In this document: positions 18,874 through 30,440 of the stretch, in pieces
Numbering within the stretch: position 1 is the stretch's first letter
How the letters are laid out: the number at the start of each line of letters is the position of its first letter
Assembly (NCBI GenBank): GCA_964371625.1
Contig: CAYJMP010000002.1
Span: 1,133,332-1,197,331 of the forward strand
DNA from: an uncultured Ignavibacteria bacterium
GTDB lineage: Bacteria; Zixibacteria; MSB-5A5; WJJR01
Length of the DNA: 64,000 nucleotides
Direction: 5' to 3'
Notes under the pieces: generated by a model
What the model saw: the letters and a program-made list of their open reading frames with translations, nothing else
The model's database searches: none
Told to the model about the DNA's origin: nothing
Position numbers and translations under genes: made by a program

Positions 18874-20820
18874 ATGGACTCACAATTGATCGCACCGAGA
18901 AAGCACAGGCTAGCGAGTACGCTCGCCCTCCACAAGTTGATCGCATGGAGGGCGAGCGTACTCGCGAGCCTGCTCTTGGGTCTCGTAAGCATCATTGCTG
19001 TCCCATCACATGCCCAGGACCCTCCCCGCGCTCGTCCGCCACGCGATTCGGCGCCGATCATCAACGTGATCTATCCACATCCCGGTCAGGCAATCCCCGC
19101 CGTGGACTCTACCTTCATCCTGGGTTCGGTGACGCCTGGCTCACGCCTGACGATTAATGGTCAGACGGTCGACGTCTACCGGACCGGCGGATTCATCGGT
19201 TGGGTCGGGCTGAAGCCGGGTGAGTTCGATTTTCGACTCCGCGCCAAGAACGACCACGGCACGGATTCACTAAGCGTGCCCGTGAAGATCACTGACAACC
19301 GTCCCATCCCCAGCGACTCGGGAGCGCGAATTCGTGAGGGGACCACGCGGCCGCAATGGAATCGCACCATCCGTGCCGGCGATGAAGTCTCCGTGAGTTT
19401 CGATGGCACAGTGGGCGGAATCGCAAGCTTCTGGATCATCGGGGTCAGAGACTCACTTGGGCCATTCCCGATGACGGAACTGCGCGCTCGTTCACTCTCA
19501 AACTACGAGGCCTATCGCCGCGACGAGATGCTCGCCCCGGATTCAGTTCTGGCAAGTGGCGCGACACCCTCTCGTGGGCGCTACCATGGAATCTGGGCCG
19601 TTCCCGAGACCATCAGCGCCGACACGCTGGTTGTCCGAGTGGAATTGCGCTTTCCTGCAGGAAGCCCACGCCTGGCGCGCGCCACGCCGCCGGGACGACT
19701 CATTCCCGTCGACAGTTGGCCGCCTCGGGTAGTTGAACTGACCGACTCGATCCAAATTCTCCGCACCGGACCACGCATGGGGTACTTCGCGATCAATCAG
19801 CCATTCGGTATCCGCGTTCGGTGGTGGGGAGAGAATGGACCTTGGACTATCGTTCAGCCCTCTGACGGCGTCGAAGCATGGATTGAAACTGAGAAGACTC
19901 GACTTCTGCCGGATGGCACACCAATGCCGGAGGCGGTCATTCCACGCCTCACAACGTCGGCGTCCGACAATTCAGTTCGGCTCGGTATTGGAATGTCAGA
20001 ACGGCTGCCGTTCAAGGTTGCGGTCGACGACGACTTGATGAGTGCGACAGTGCTCATCTATGGTGCGATCTCGAACACCGATTGGATCGAGCAGGATTCC
20101 GCCGACGATGTTTTCTCCAACATCGTCTGGTCGCAGGACGGGCCACACGTCTACCGGATCGACATGGAATTCACACGCCCACTCTGGGGCTATGACGCCC
20201 GCTATGAGGATAGCCGCTTCATTCTCGAAGTCTACCGCTCCCCTCTTCTCGACTCGACTATGTCCGGTCTGGTCGTCTGCGTCGATCCCGGCCATTCCGC
20301 CGATCCGGGGTCGGTCGGCCCGACCGGCTTGGTAGAGAAGGACGCAAACCTTCGAATCGCATTGGCACTGAAAGCTCAACTCGAAGGCCTGGGCGCGCGA
20401 GTCGTCATGACGCGGTCGGGAAGTGAAGACGTGCCCTTGGCGGACCGGCCGGGGATCGCCCGGGCCGGAGGCACGAATCTCTATGTCTCAGTCCACAACA
20501 ATGCGGTCGGTGACGGAGTCGACCCGCGTCAACGCAATGGCACCGGGACCTACTACCACCATCCGCAGAGTCGCGATCTGGCCCGGGCGATTCACAAGAA
20601 AACAAGAGAAGCGACACGCCTCGGTGACTATGGCATTACTCAGGCCAATTTCGCCGTTATTCGCCCGCCGCAATACCCTGCGGTACTTGTGGAATGCGCA
20701 TTTATAATTCTTCCCGAGCAGGAAGAAATGCTCGACAACGACGCCTTCGTTGCTCGAACCGCGCACGGCATCGCTGATGGCATAGCCGACTTTGTCAGAG
20801 AACGCTCACGCGAGCGTTAA
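18874..20820 (+). CDS. N-acetylmuramoyl-L-alanine amidase (Amidase_3 C-terminal domain, about 450-aa Ig-like/unknown N-terminal region); start uncertain
   Basis: C-terminal VCVDPGHSADPG...EKDANL...SVHNNA...VLVECAFI motifs. Signal peptide WRASVLASLLLGLVSIIAVPSHA. The GTG at 18838 lies 3 nt after the terminator, so ATG 18874 is preferred. Confidence 0.85.
   Translation: MDSQLIAPRKHRLASTLALHKLIAWRASVLASLLLGLVSIIAVPSHAQDPPRARPPRDSAPIINVIYPHPGQAIPAVDSTFILGSVTPGSRLTINGQTVDVYRTGGFIGWVGLKPGEFDFRLRAKNDHGTDSLSVPVKITDNRPIPSDSGARIREGTTRPQWNRTIRAGDEVSVSFDGTVGGIASFWIIGVRDSLGPFPMTELRARSLSNYEAYRRDEMLAPDSVLASGATPSRGRYHGIWAVPETISADTLVVRVELRFPAGSPRLARATPPGRLIPVDSWPPRVVELTDSIQILRTGPRMGYFAINQPFGIRVRWWGENGPWTIVQPSDGVEAWIETEKTRLLPDGTPMPEAVIPRLTTSASDNSVRLGIGMSERLPFKVAVDDDLMSATVLIYGAISNTDWIEQDSADDVFSNIVWSQDGPHVYRIDMEFTRPLWGYDARYEDSRFILEVYRSPLLDSTMSGLVVCVDPGHSADPGSVGPTGLVEKDANLRIALALKAQLEGLGARVVMTRSGSEDVPLADRPGIARAGGTNLYVSVHNNAVGDGVDPRQRNGTGTYYHHPQSRDLARAIHKKTREATRLGDYGITQANFAVIRPPQYPAVLVECAFIILPEQEEMLDNDAFVARTAHGIADGIADFVRERSRER
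18913..18965. repeat. Perfect 20-bp inverted repeat with 13-nt spacer
   Basis: GCGAGTACGCTCGCCCTCCA (18913-18932) and TGGAGGGCGAGCGTACTCGC (18946-18965) are exact reverse complements. Spacer is CAAGTTGATCGCA. Each arm also contains an internal GCGAG/CTCGC mini-palindrome. Confidence 0.95.
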
Positions 20821-20830
20821 TCGCGTCGCC

Positions 20831-21670
20831 CTACCGCTTCACTGCGCCCGCCGTCAGACCGGCAATGATCTGCCTCTGAAAGAAGAGAAAGACTAGGATG
20901 ACCGGGATCGTTGCCAGAGTGGCGGCGGCAAAGAGGTGAGGGCGATCCACGCCCTGATAACCGCGAAACATCGCCAGCGCGACTGGAAGCGTTCGTGCCT
21001 TGTCCCCGGTCAAGATGAAGGGGAAGAGGAATGAATTCCAGGTGAGCCAAAAGACCTGCACTGCCAAGACCGCCAGAGTGGGACGGCAAAGCGGCATAAC
21101 AATCCGATAGACAATTCGCCACGGTCCGGCGCCATCCAGCCGCGCTGCCTCCTCCAGCTCAATCGGAACTCCCGAAACCGCACTTTTGACCAGGAGTACA
21201 CCCAGAGGATGCACGAGGGCCGGTACAGTGATTGCCCATAGCGTGTCGTACCATCCCAGGCTGTGAATTAGCGCGAACATGGGTACTATGAGCACGTACG
21301 GCGGCACCATGAGCACGACAACTGCCGACCAATGCAGAAAACCACGTCCCCAAAACCGGCGTCGCGCCAACGCGTACCCGACGGGGAAGCACAAGAGCAC
21401 GTTCCCAAGCGTGACGACGACGGCTACCAAGGCCGAGTTCCATAGATAGAACCCAAACGGCATCGAATTGAACAGATCGGTGTAGTTTGTCCACGTCGCC
21501 TTCGCGGCAAAGGGATTGAACCAACGCGCATCAAAGTGCGGCGATACCGAGCCAACCACCATCCACACCAAAGGGAAGAGCATTCCCGCCAGGATGACGA
21601 ACAGAAGGGCCGACATTGCCCAGTCGCGGCCCGAGCGCGGAGTCTGGGTTGTGACCATGGCCTGGGTCAT
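20831..21670 (-). CDS. Carbohydrate ABC transporter permease (MalG/UgpE-like)
   Basis: Start set at the ATG that overlaps the upstream stop (ATGA at 21667-21670). EAA loop LEEAARLDGAGPWRIVYRIVMP. Six hydrophobic segments. Confidence 0.88.
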   Translation of the reverse strand: MTQAMVTTQTPRSGRDWAMSALLFVILAGMLFPLVWMVVGSVSPHFDARWFNPFAAKATWTNYTDLFNSMPFGFYLWNSALVAVVVTLGNVLLCFPVGYALARRRFWGRGFLHWSAVVVLMVPPYVLIVPMFALIHSLGWYDTLWAITVPALVHPLGVLLVKSAVSGVPIELEEAARLDGAGPWRIVYRIVMPLCRPTLAVLAVQVFWLTWNSFLFPFILTGDKARTLPVALAMFRGYQGVDRPHLFAAATLATIPVILVFLFFQRQIIAGLTAGAVKR

Positions 21671-22545
21671 TCCTCCGCACCCCGTCCGAAAGCCAGAAGT
21701 CGAAACTGAATGAGGGCGAAGATCGCGATCATCGCGAAGACCACGAACGCCGCCGCCGAGGCGTACCCCATTTCGAATCGCTCGAATCCCATCATGTACA
21801 CGTGGTAGACCGCGGTCGTCGTCGATCCCAGTGGTCCGCCCTGGGTCATGACAAAGATCTCCGTGAACACCTGGAAACTCTTGATCAGGTTGATTACCAC
21901 CGCATAGAGAAGGGTTGGGCGCAGGTACGGCCAGGTAATGGCCCAGAATCGCTGCCAGGACGAGGCGCCGTGCATCGTTGCGTCCTCGACAAGTTCGGTC
22001 GGGATCGACTGCAGTCCGGCGAGGAACAGAAGGGCGTAGTATCCGACCGACACCCATACATCCATGAACATGACTGAAGCCAGAGCCGTCGACTCGGCAA
22101 AGAGAAAGCCGCTGTCAGGGACCGGTAGACCGATGAAATCGGCCAACCGGTACAAGTAGCCCCCCTGCCCATACAGATGCATGAAGACCAGCGCGATGAC
22201 GACCGTGGCCGTCAATGTCGGAGCGAAGAATCCCGCCCGAAAGAGAGCTCTCCCGACCAAATGGCGATTGAGCGCCAGTGCCAGCAGGATCGCGAGGAAT
22301 GTCGTTGCGGGAACGGTGCCGACCGTGAAGATGAAGGTGTGCCAGATCGCCGACCAGAAGGGGCCGCTCGCGAACACGTCCTGGAAATTCTGAAAACCGA
22401 TCCAGGTCCAGCGGCCGGAAAAGATGTCGAAGTCAGCGAACGCGAGGACGAGGGCATATCCAAATGGATATATCCAAAACGCCGCGAGCGTGAGCGTCCA
22501 CGGCGATGACAAGAGCCAGCCGTGATGTCGCTCCTCGCGGCGCAT
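21667..22545 (-). CDS. Carbohydrate ABC transporter permease (MalF/UgpA-like); start 22545 or 22608
   Basis: N-terminus HGWLLSSPWTLTLAAFWIYPF. EAA-like loop ELVEDATMHGASSWQRFWAITWP. The ATG at 22545 lies 8 nt after the binding-protein stop. Confidence 0.85.
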   Translation of the reverse strand: MRREERHHGWLLSSPWTLTLAAFWIYPFGYALVLAFADFDIFSGRWTWIGFQNFQDVFASGPFWSAIWHTFIFTVGTVPATTFLAILLALALNRHLVGRALFRAGFFAPTLTATVVIALVFMHLYGQGGYLYRLADFIGLPVPDSGFLFAESTALASVMFMDVWVSVGYYALLFLAGLQSIPTELVEDATMHGASSWQRFWAITWPYLRPTLLYAVVINLIKSFQVFTEIFVMTQGGPLGSTTTAVYHVYMMGFERFEMGYASAAAFVVFAMIAIFALIQFRLLAFGRGAEE

Positions 22546-22553
22546 CGAACCGT

Positions 22554-23828
22554 TCAACGTTGCTTCTGTTTCTCGTAATCTTCGATGACTTTGTTGATCT
22601 CGGCGCACATTTCAGCCAGGACGCCATCAACCTGTGTCTGTTGAAACAGCGCCTTCTCGATCCCGCGTTCCATCGCCGCCTCGATCTCGAGCCAGCGCGG
22701 ATGTGCCGGCGGCATTTTAGCAAAGTTCAGTTGCCTGATGAAGACACTTCGGACCGAATCCTCAAGGAAGTAGGCGTTCTTGGCCACTTCGACATGCACG
22801 GGCGTCGCGCATCCGGTCGCGATGCAGAGATTGAAGATGTGTTTGGGCAGGAGGAGATGGCGCGCCAGGTTGAGAGCGGCCACCGGCTGAGTCGCCTTGC
22901 GTGGAACGGCCAGATACTCCCCTCCGGCAAACCCCGCCTGGGTGCCTTCCCCCGGCGAGGGGAATGGCGTGAGAAACGCCGAGTACTTGACCGACGAACC
23001 GGTCTGCTTGATTCGCTCACTTAACCAGTCGCCTGAGAAGTGGTACATGAGCTTGCCGTCCATAAACATATCGTCGAGCGCCGACTGCTTATCGACGTAT
23101 TGATTTTGGCTCAGATTGACCATGAACTGCAGGGCACGGCGTGCGGCTTCGGTTTCCATCGCGCATACGGACATATCTTCAGTCAGCACTTCGCCCCCGG
23201 CCGCCCACAAGAACGGCAGGAACCGTTTGTAGAGACGATGCGGTTCAGCCGAATTTACGCCGAAACCCCACATCTTCGGCTTCTCCACAGTGGAGCTTTG
23301 GACATTCTCCAAGAGATTGTCCCAGACCAGGGGTTGCGGTCTCGCCTTCCCCAAGATGAGGGATGCCGCCTCATCGTTTTGATAGAAGACCCGGGTCGAG
23401 AGGTACCACGGAAGGGCATAGCAGTTCTCATTAAAGATGGCCGGCGGCCAGCCGGCCATGGAGCCCTGCATCCGCCGGCATTCGTCGGTCATCTGCAGCA
23501 GAGCGCCACGATCGGCGAACTCGGCAATCCAATCTGAACCGAGCTCGATGAGATCGGGTACCTCGTCGGTCGCGAAAGCCGCCACGATCTTCTGGTATCC
23601 ATTATCCCACGTCAGGTCGGTCACTTCGACTTTGTAGAGCGGGTTCTGTTGCTCGAATTCCGCAATGGCGTTCGTCAGCACGGCCTTCACGCGGGGTTCG
23701 GTCCAGAACTGCCAGAATCGGATGATCTCGCGGCCATCCTCTGTGACAGTCTCCGTCTTACCACAGCTAAGATTGAGCGCCAAGCCAAGGAGCGCGGGGA
23801 TGATGATCAGGGCACGGAATGTCTTCAT
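22554..23828 (-). CDS. ABC transporter extracellular solute-binding lipoprotein (family 1, sugar type)
   Basis: Start moved to MKTFRALIIIPALLGLALNLSCGK (lipobox LSC). Family-1 SBP-like length and composition. First gene of the operon with the two permeases. Confidence 0.85.
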   Translation of the reverse strand: MKTFRALIIIPALLGLALNLSCGKTETVTEDGREIIRFWQFWTEPRVKAVLTNAIAEFEQQNPLYKVEVTDLTWDNGYQKIVAAFATDEVPDLIELGSDWIAEFADRGALLQMTDECRRMQGSMAGWPPAIFNENCYALPWYLSTRVFYQNDEAASLILGKARPQPLVWDNLLENVQSSTVEKPKMWGFGVNSAEPHRLYKRFLPFLWAAGGEVLTEDMSVCAMETEAARRALQFMVNLSQNQYVDKQSALDDMFMDGKLMYHFSGDWLSERIKQTGSSVKYSAFLTPFPSPGEGTQAGFAGGEYLAVPRKATQPVAALNLARHLLLPKHIFNLCIATGCATPVHVEVAKNAYFLEDSVRSVFIRQLNFAKMPPAHPRWLEIEAAMERGIEKALFQQTQVDGVLAEMCAEINKVIEDYEKQKQR

Positions 23829-23916
23829 CAACGGCAAACTCGTTGTCCTGCCAGAAGATGTCAAGCCGATCCTCTTAGTTCTGGTGCTTGGGGAAACGGC
23901 TGGAGCGCTCTTTTGC

Positions 23917-23944
23917 TTGGACTTCATCGAAGATGTGTTATAAT
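23917..23944 (+). promoter_or_regulatory. Putative sigma70-type promoter for rpmB
   Basis: TTGGAC (23917-23922), 16-nt spacer, extended -10 TGT-TATAAT (23936-23944). About 40 nt upstream of the rpmB ATG. Confidence 0.45.
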
Positions 23945-23983
23945 ATCCATCTGCCCAGAGGGGCTTAAAGGGGAAACCGGATC

Positions 23984-24184
23984 ATGTCGAAAGTCTGCGC
24001 GATTACAGGAAAGCGGCCCAGTTCGGGCAACACCGTGTCCCACGCCAACAAGAAGGCAAGACGGCGTTTCAATCCGAATTTGATCACCAAGAAGCTGTGG
24101 GATCCCGAGAAGCGGCGCTGGGTCCGAGTCCGTATTTCCACCAAGGCGCTCAAGACTCTCGACAAACGCGGCTTGGTCCTGTAG
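23984..24184 (+). CDS. rpmB: 50S ribosomal protein L28
   Basis: [33 protein letters not shown]... typical L28 sequence, 66 aa. Confidence 0.95.
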   Translation: MSKVCAITGKRPSSGNTVSHANKKARRRFNPNLITKKLWDPEKRRWVRVRISTKALKTLDKRGLVL

Positions 24185-24206
24185 CGGACAATCCCGCTGA
24201 ATCTCG

Positions 24207-24240
24207 CAAGCCCTGCCATATGGCGGGGCTTGTTGCTTTT
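24207..24240. terminator. Hairpin terminator between convergent rpmB and ligA
   Basis: CAAGCCCTGCC-ATAT-GGCGGGGCTTG 11-bp stem (one G-U pair) followed by TTGCTTTT on the plus strand. Confidence 0.7.
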
Positions 24241-24271
24241 GGGGCCCGCTCGGGAAACCGGGCTGTCTCTG

Positions 24272-26320
<2,049 letters not shown>

Positions 26321-26552
26321 TTACCCAGTGCTCGCGAATGTGTTGAACGATTACCAGTTCTGTCGGTAAAAACGCCGTGGGGGGGCATACGGTCAAGACG
26401 CGAGCTGGTGTTCGGCATCATTTCTGTCGCTCGGAGCAGAGTTATTAGTCTTGACTGATCCTGAATCGGTGAAGATATAACCCTGATTATGTGGGCGCCC
26501 GCTGCGAAACGGGACGCCCTGATTCGTTTGGCCAGCCAAAGGGAGGGCGGCT

Positions 26553-27317
26553 TTGCACGGACTTCTATCAACTGTAGGCTTGTTTCCACCCGCCGTTCTG
26601 GGTGGTAGTCTGTGGGATATCCTTGCCGGATCCACCGGTTTCTCACTCCTGATTCTCACGGTACTGCTTGTACTGTCGGTGATTAGTTGGGCCGTCATCT
26701 TTCTGAAGTGGCGCTCATTCAGGCGGATCACCGCCGACAGCGCCCGTTTCCGCCTGCTTTTCCGAAAAGGGCGCCGCCTCTCAGACCGCATGACAGCACT
26801 ATCGGCTCTCCAGCATATGCCGCACTGGCGCGTCATTGACGCCGGATACGCCGAAGTCGTCGCTTTCACCGAGCAAAATCGTGGTGGACGCATTGGCGCC
26901 GACGCTGGCTTTGAGCTCACGCCCGAACAGAAGAAGGCCGTTTCCGACACGCTTGAACGAGTCTCGCAGGAGGAGATCGGCAAACTGGAGGAATGGACAA
27001 TCCTCCTCGCCACGACCGCGAATGCCTCGCCGTTTCTGGGCCTGCTCGGCACCTGCTGGGGGATCATGAACTCGTTTATGAGCATCGGCGCAACAGGCTC
27101 GGCATCGCTCATCGTTGTTGCGCCGGGCATCGCCGAAGCGCTGATCGCCACGGTCGTCGGGCTGGCCGCGGCCATCCCTGCAGTCATTGCCTATAACTGG
27201 TGCGTACGTCGCCTGCGTGTTTTTGGCGATGACCTGTCCAATCTGTCGCTGGAATTCTTAACTGAATTGACCCGGGAGAATGTCCGTGAAACGTCGGACC
27301 TATCACGCGCTCTCTGA
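26553..27317 (+). CDS. tolQ: MotA/TolQ/ExbB proton-channel protein (TolQ by context)
   Basis: TTG start 5 nt after GGGAGGG. Three TM helices. C-terminal motif SPFLGLLGTCWGIMNSF...APGIAEALIATVVGL. Confidence 0.88.
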   Translation: MHGLLSTVGLFPPAVLGGSLWDILAGSTGFSLLILTVLLVLSVISWAVIFLKWRSFRRITADSARFRLLFRKGRRLSDRMTALSALQHMPHWRVIDAGYAEVVAFTEQNRGGRIGADAGFELTPEQKKAVSDTLERVSQEEIGKLEEWTILLATTANASPFLGLLGTCWGIMNSFMSIGATGSASLIVVAPGIAEALIATVVGLAAAIPAVIAYNWCVRRLRVFGDDLSNLSLEFLTELTRENVRETSDLSRAL

Positions 27318-27708
27318 GATCAATGTCACCAACTTGGTGGACGTTGTCCTCGTGTTGCTCATCATCTTCATGGTGACCGCGCCGCTTCTGCAAAGTGGCA
27401 TCGATGTCCGACTGCCGCAAACGGCCACAGCAGCCGATGAACCCTCCGAAGGAATCGTCGTCACGATCACCAAAGAAGGCGGCGTGTTTGTCAACGATGT
27501 CTACCGCACGCCGGCGCAGTGGGAAGACGAACTGAGCCGTCTGATCCGCAGCAAACCGGATTCTAAGGCCTACATTCGGGCCGACAGTGAAGTTGATTAC
27601 GGTGTCGTTGTGCAACTAATCAGCACGATGAAACGGCTCGGCATCAACGACGTTGGCCTGGTCACCCAACCATCGAGCAAGGAAATCCCTCCCGTCAAGT
27701 GGGGATAG
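27280..27708 (+). CDS. tolR: ExbD/TolR family protein (TolR by context)
   Basis: EINVTNLVDVVLVLLIIFMVTAPL TM segment and ExbD fold-like C-terminus. Overlaps the end of tolQ. Confidence 0.88.
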   Translation: MSVKRRTYHALSEINVTNLVDVVLVLLIIFMVTAPLLQSGIDVRLPQTATAADEPSEGIVVTITKEGGVFVNDVYRTPAQWEDELSRLIRSKPDSKAYIRADSEVDYGVVVQLISTMKRLGINDVGLVTQPSSKEIPPVKWG

Positions 27709-27717
27709 GGGCGAGAT

Positions 27718-28437
27718 TTGCGACGGTATCTCGTCTGGTCGCTAGCCTTCCACGCCGTCTTCCTGTTTCTCGGGGCGGTGATCGCCCCCTTGCGCGGCTT
27801 GACTGGGAGCTCTGCCTCGTCAGTCGTCGTTAGCGTCGGCTTGGTCGATTTTGCCGACCCCGGCAGAGTAAAGGGCGGTCCCCAGGCACCTCCCACGCCT
27901 GAACCTGCCGAAGACGAGTTGATCGCCAGGAATCCTATTGTCAAAGAGGAGCTTGCCGAAGTCAAGGTCCCCGCGAAACCGAAGAAACCCGAGACCAAAC
28001 CCAAGGAATCGTCCACCAAAAAGACCGCAGACAAACCTGCCAAGAAAGACACGACGAAAACTGGTTCGCCGGAACTGGCCCTAAACGACACTGGCGGCGT
28101 GTCGGGCTCGCTCTCCGAGGGCGCGGGCGGGGGAGATGTCTGGGGAGTCGAGTCGGGCGCAGGAGCCAATCCCTATCATCGACAGGGATTCGCGGCCATC
28201 CGGGGGAATTGGCGAAACCCCGCTGCAGGACGCGAACCCCGCATGTGTGTTTTGAAATTCCGGGTCAAACGTTCTGGTGAAATCGTGGATATTGAAATCG
28301 AGAAGAAGTCCGGTTTTGACTTATTCGACCGTGCCGCCCTCCGGGCAGTCCAGGTCACGGCGTCATGGCCGCCCTTTCCAAGTCACTGGGAGGAAGATGA
28401 ACAGATCATTCACCTGGAATTCGAGTATCGTCCCTAA
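27718..28437 (+). CDS. TonB/TolA-family energy-transducer protein (TolA-like by context)
   Basis: N-terminal TM anchor, K/P/E-rich linker (KPKKPETKPKESSTKKTADKPAKK), C-terminal TonB_C-like domain (...SGFDLFDRAALRAV...). Confidence 0.75.
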   Translation: MRRYLVWSLAFHAVFLFLGAVIAPLRGLTGSSASSVVVSVGLVDFADPGRVKGGPQAPPTPEPAEDELIARNPIVKEELAEVKVPAKPKKPETKPKESSTKKTADKPAKKDTTKTGSPELALNDTGGVSGSLSEGAGGGDVWGVESGAGANPYHRQGFAAIRGNWRNPAAGREPRMCVLKFRVKRSGEIVDIEIEKKSGFDLFDRAALRAVQVTASWPPFPSHWEEDEQIIHLEFEYRP

Positions 28438-29746
28438 CCTGAAAATCATCACCGGAGCGCTCTGGTTGTTGTCGCTGGCGACGGTGACTACGGGGGTGGC
28501 TGTTGCCCGCCCGGTGCCTGAGATCTTCGGCCGAGTCTTCAAATCGGGAGGCGAATTCGAGCCATTCCGGATTGGCGTCGAAGAATTCCGCATGAAAAAT
28601 CCCGATCGCGCCACTGCAGACGATTGGGCGGCGCTGCAGACCATTACGGACGTGGTCTTTGCGGATCTGGACTTCTCATTCCTCTTTGAGTCTGTCCGGC
28701 CCGACACACTCTACCTGCGGATCATGGGCCTCTCATCAGTGGATCGCCGCGGCTGGCACCACCTCGGAGCCAGCGACATCATATCCGGTGAGGTCGGCAT
28801 CGACGGCGACAATCTCGTCGTCACGTATTCGCTCACAGACGTAGAGACCGGGAAAGAGTACTACCAGCGCGAACTACGCGCGGCGCGAACTTCCGTGCGG
28901 TTGCTGGCGCATACGCTTTCCGACGAGGTCTATCATGAGCTGGCCAAGGCCGACGGCATTTTCCGAACCCAACTGGTCTATATCCGCGAGGCAGATGGCC
29001 AAAAGGAAGTGCACATCTGCGACTACGATGGCGCCAATGACTACCGTCTGACCGCCGACAAGGCGGTTGTGCTCTCACCGCGCTGGGCTGGCCGGGATGC
29101 GGTGAGCTACACGTCGTTTCGTGACGGTAATCCTGATGTCTGGCTCTTCGATCTGGTCAAGGACAGGGCCACGAAGATGTCGTCGTTCAACGGGCTTAAT
29201 ACCGGTTGTTCCTGGACCCGCGATGGCAAGCAATATGTGTTGTCTCTCTCCATGGACGGCGACCCCGAGGTGTATATCGGAAACCGGAATTCGAAATCGC
29301 CTCAACGTTTGACTTTCAACCGCGGTATCGACACTTCACCTTCGATTTCGCCCGACGGCAAGAAGATCGTGTTTACATCCGACCGCAGCAGCACGCCACA
29401 GGTGTATGTCATGGACGCCGACGGGGCCAATGTCGAACGGCTGACTTTTGAGGGAAAGTACAACGACTCTCCTGATTGGTCCCCGACCCTTGACATGATT
29501 TGCCTGGTCTCTCGTTCCGAGGGGCTCTTTCAGGTCTGCGCGGTCAATCCGGATGGCAGCGGATTTCGTCAGTTAACCGAAGTAGGCTCCAATGAAAATC
29601 CCCACTGGTCGCCCGACGGCTTGCATATCGTGTTTTCGTCAAACCGAAGCGGGACCTACGAGATCTACACGATGAACTATGACGGGTCTGGGGTCCGACG
29701 CGTGACGCAGACCGGAAACAACTCGAATCCATCTTGGTCACCGTAG
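28397..29746 (+). CDS. tolB: Tol-Pal system beta-propeller protein TolB
   Basis: ATG at 28397 after GGGAGGAAG, chosen over 28277. Signal peptide. Repeated PD40/WD40-like motifs (SPSISPDGKKIVFTSDRS, NPHWSPDGLHIVFSSNRSG, NPSWSP). Confidence 0.9.
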   Translation: MNRSFTWNSSIVPNLKIITGALWLLSLATVTTGVAVARPVPEIFGRVFKSGGEFEPFRIGVEEFRMKNPDRATADDWAALQTITDVVFADLDFSFLFESVRPDTLYLRIMGLSSVDRRGWHHLGASDIISGEVGIDGDNLVVTYSLTDVETGKEYYQRELRAARTSVRLLAHTLSDEVYHELAKADGIFRTQLVYIREADGQKEVHICDYDGANDYRLTADKAVVLSPRWAGRDAVSYTSFRDGNPDVWLFDLVKDRATKMSSFNGLNTGCSWTRDGKQYVLSLSMDGDPEVYIGNRNSKSPQRLTFNRGIDTSPSISPDGKKIVFTSDRSSTPQVYVMDADGANVERLTFEGKYNDSPDWSPTLDMICLVSRSEGLFQVCAVNPDGSGFRQLTEVGSNENPHWSPDGLHIVFSSNRSGTYEIYTMNYDGSGVRRVTQTGNNSNPSWSP

Positions 29747-29813
29747 ACCCTGGGAACGCCTTTCGGGAGTGTAGCGTTCGAAAGTCGTTTTCGACAATTC
29801 TTTCCGATTAGTA

Positions 29814-29842
29814 TTGACGTTTTCCTCCTTTGCATGTATATG
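29814..29842 (+). promoter_or_regulatory. Putative promoter upstream of pal
   Basis: TTGACG (29814-29819), 17-nt spacer, TATATG (29837-29842), in an unusually AT-rich spacer. Confidence 0.35.
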
Positions 29843-29899
29843 GCATGAGGAAATTGCTCGTAAGAGCATGGAATTGATACCTTTAGGATAGGAGGGGAG

Positions 29900-30415
29900 A
29901 TGAAGAAACTCTCGCTATTGGCGGTTCTGCTTCTGGCGCTCAGTGTTGGGCTGGGGTGTCCGAAGAAGCCGGTCACCGGCGACGCCGCAGCAGGGCGCGA
30001 GGGATCGGGAGCCGCAGGCGGTGAGCAAGGTGGGGCCGGTGGTGAGGGAACTACAGATCGCGGCACGGTGGAATCAGGCGACGCCCGCGGGTTGAAGACG
30101 ATTTACTTCGACTTCGACAAGTACAACCTGCGCGATGATGCCCGTCGTCAACTCGACGCCAACGCCGACATTCTGCGCAATCACTCCGACATGAACATCA
30201 TGATCGAGGGACATTGCGACGAGCGTGGCACCGATGAATACAATCTCGCGCTGGGCGAGCGGCGCGCGCAGGCGGCCAGGGAGTACTTGGTTCGTCTCGG
30301 GATTGACGCTGCACGCATCAATGTGATTTCGTACGGCGAAGAACGCCCTGTTGCTCCGGGGCATGACGAGGAGTCTTGGGCACTCAACCGTCGCGGCGAG
30401 TTCGTTCCCCGTTGA
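29900..30415 (+). CDS. pal: Peptidoglycan-associated lipoprotein Pal (OmpA family)
   Basis: Lipobox LGC in MKKLSLLAVLLLALSVGLGC. OmpA-like domain IYFDFDKYNLR...IEGHCDERGTDEYNLALGERRA. Confidence 0.93.
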   Translation: MKKLSLLAVLLLALSVGLGCPKKPVTGDAAAGREGSGAAGGEQGGAGGEGTTDRGTVESGDARGLKTIYFDFDKYNLRDDARRQLDANADILRNHSDMNIMIEGHCDERGTDEYNLALGERRAQAAREYLVRLGIDAARINVISYGEERPVAPGHDEESWALNRRGEFVPR

Positions 30416-30440
30416 CCGTTGATCCACGCGTGGTGTTTCA

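Noticed and set aside
21671-22057. 130-codon N-terminal extension of the second permease ORF. Similar ORF-track extensions occur at 23829-23927 (SBP), 28277-28396 (tolB), 30419-30541 (ybgF), 49710-49835 (rplW) and 17637-17759 (PorV-like).
   Set aside because: The extensions overlap the preceding gene in another frame or run through a terminator or promoter. Internal starts give canonical N-termini (signal peptides, lipoboxes, ATGA coupling, SD sequences).
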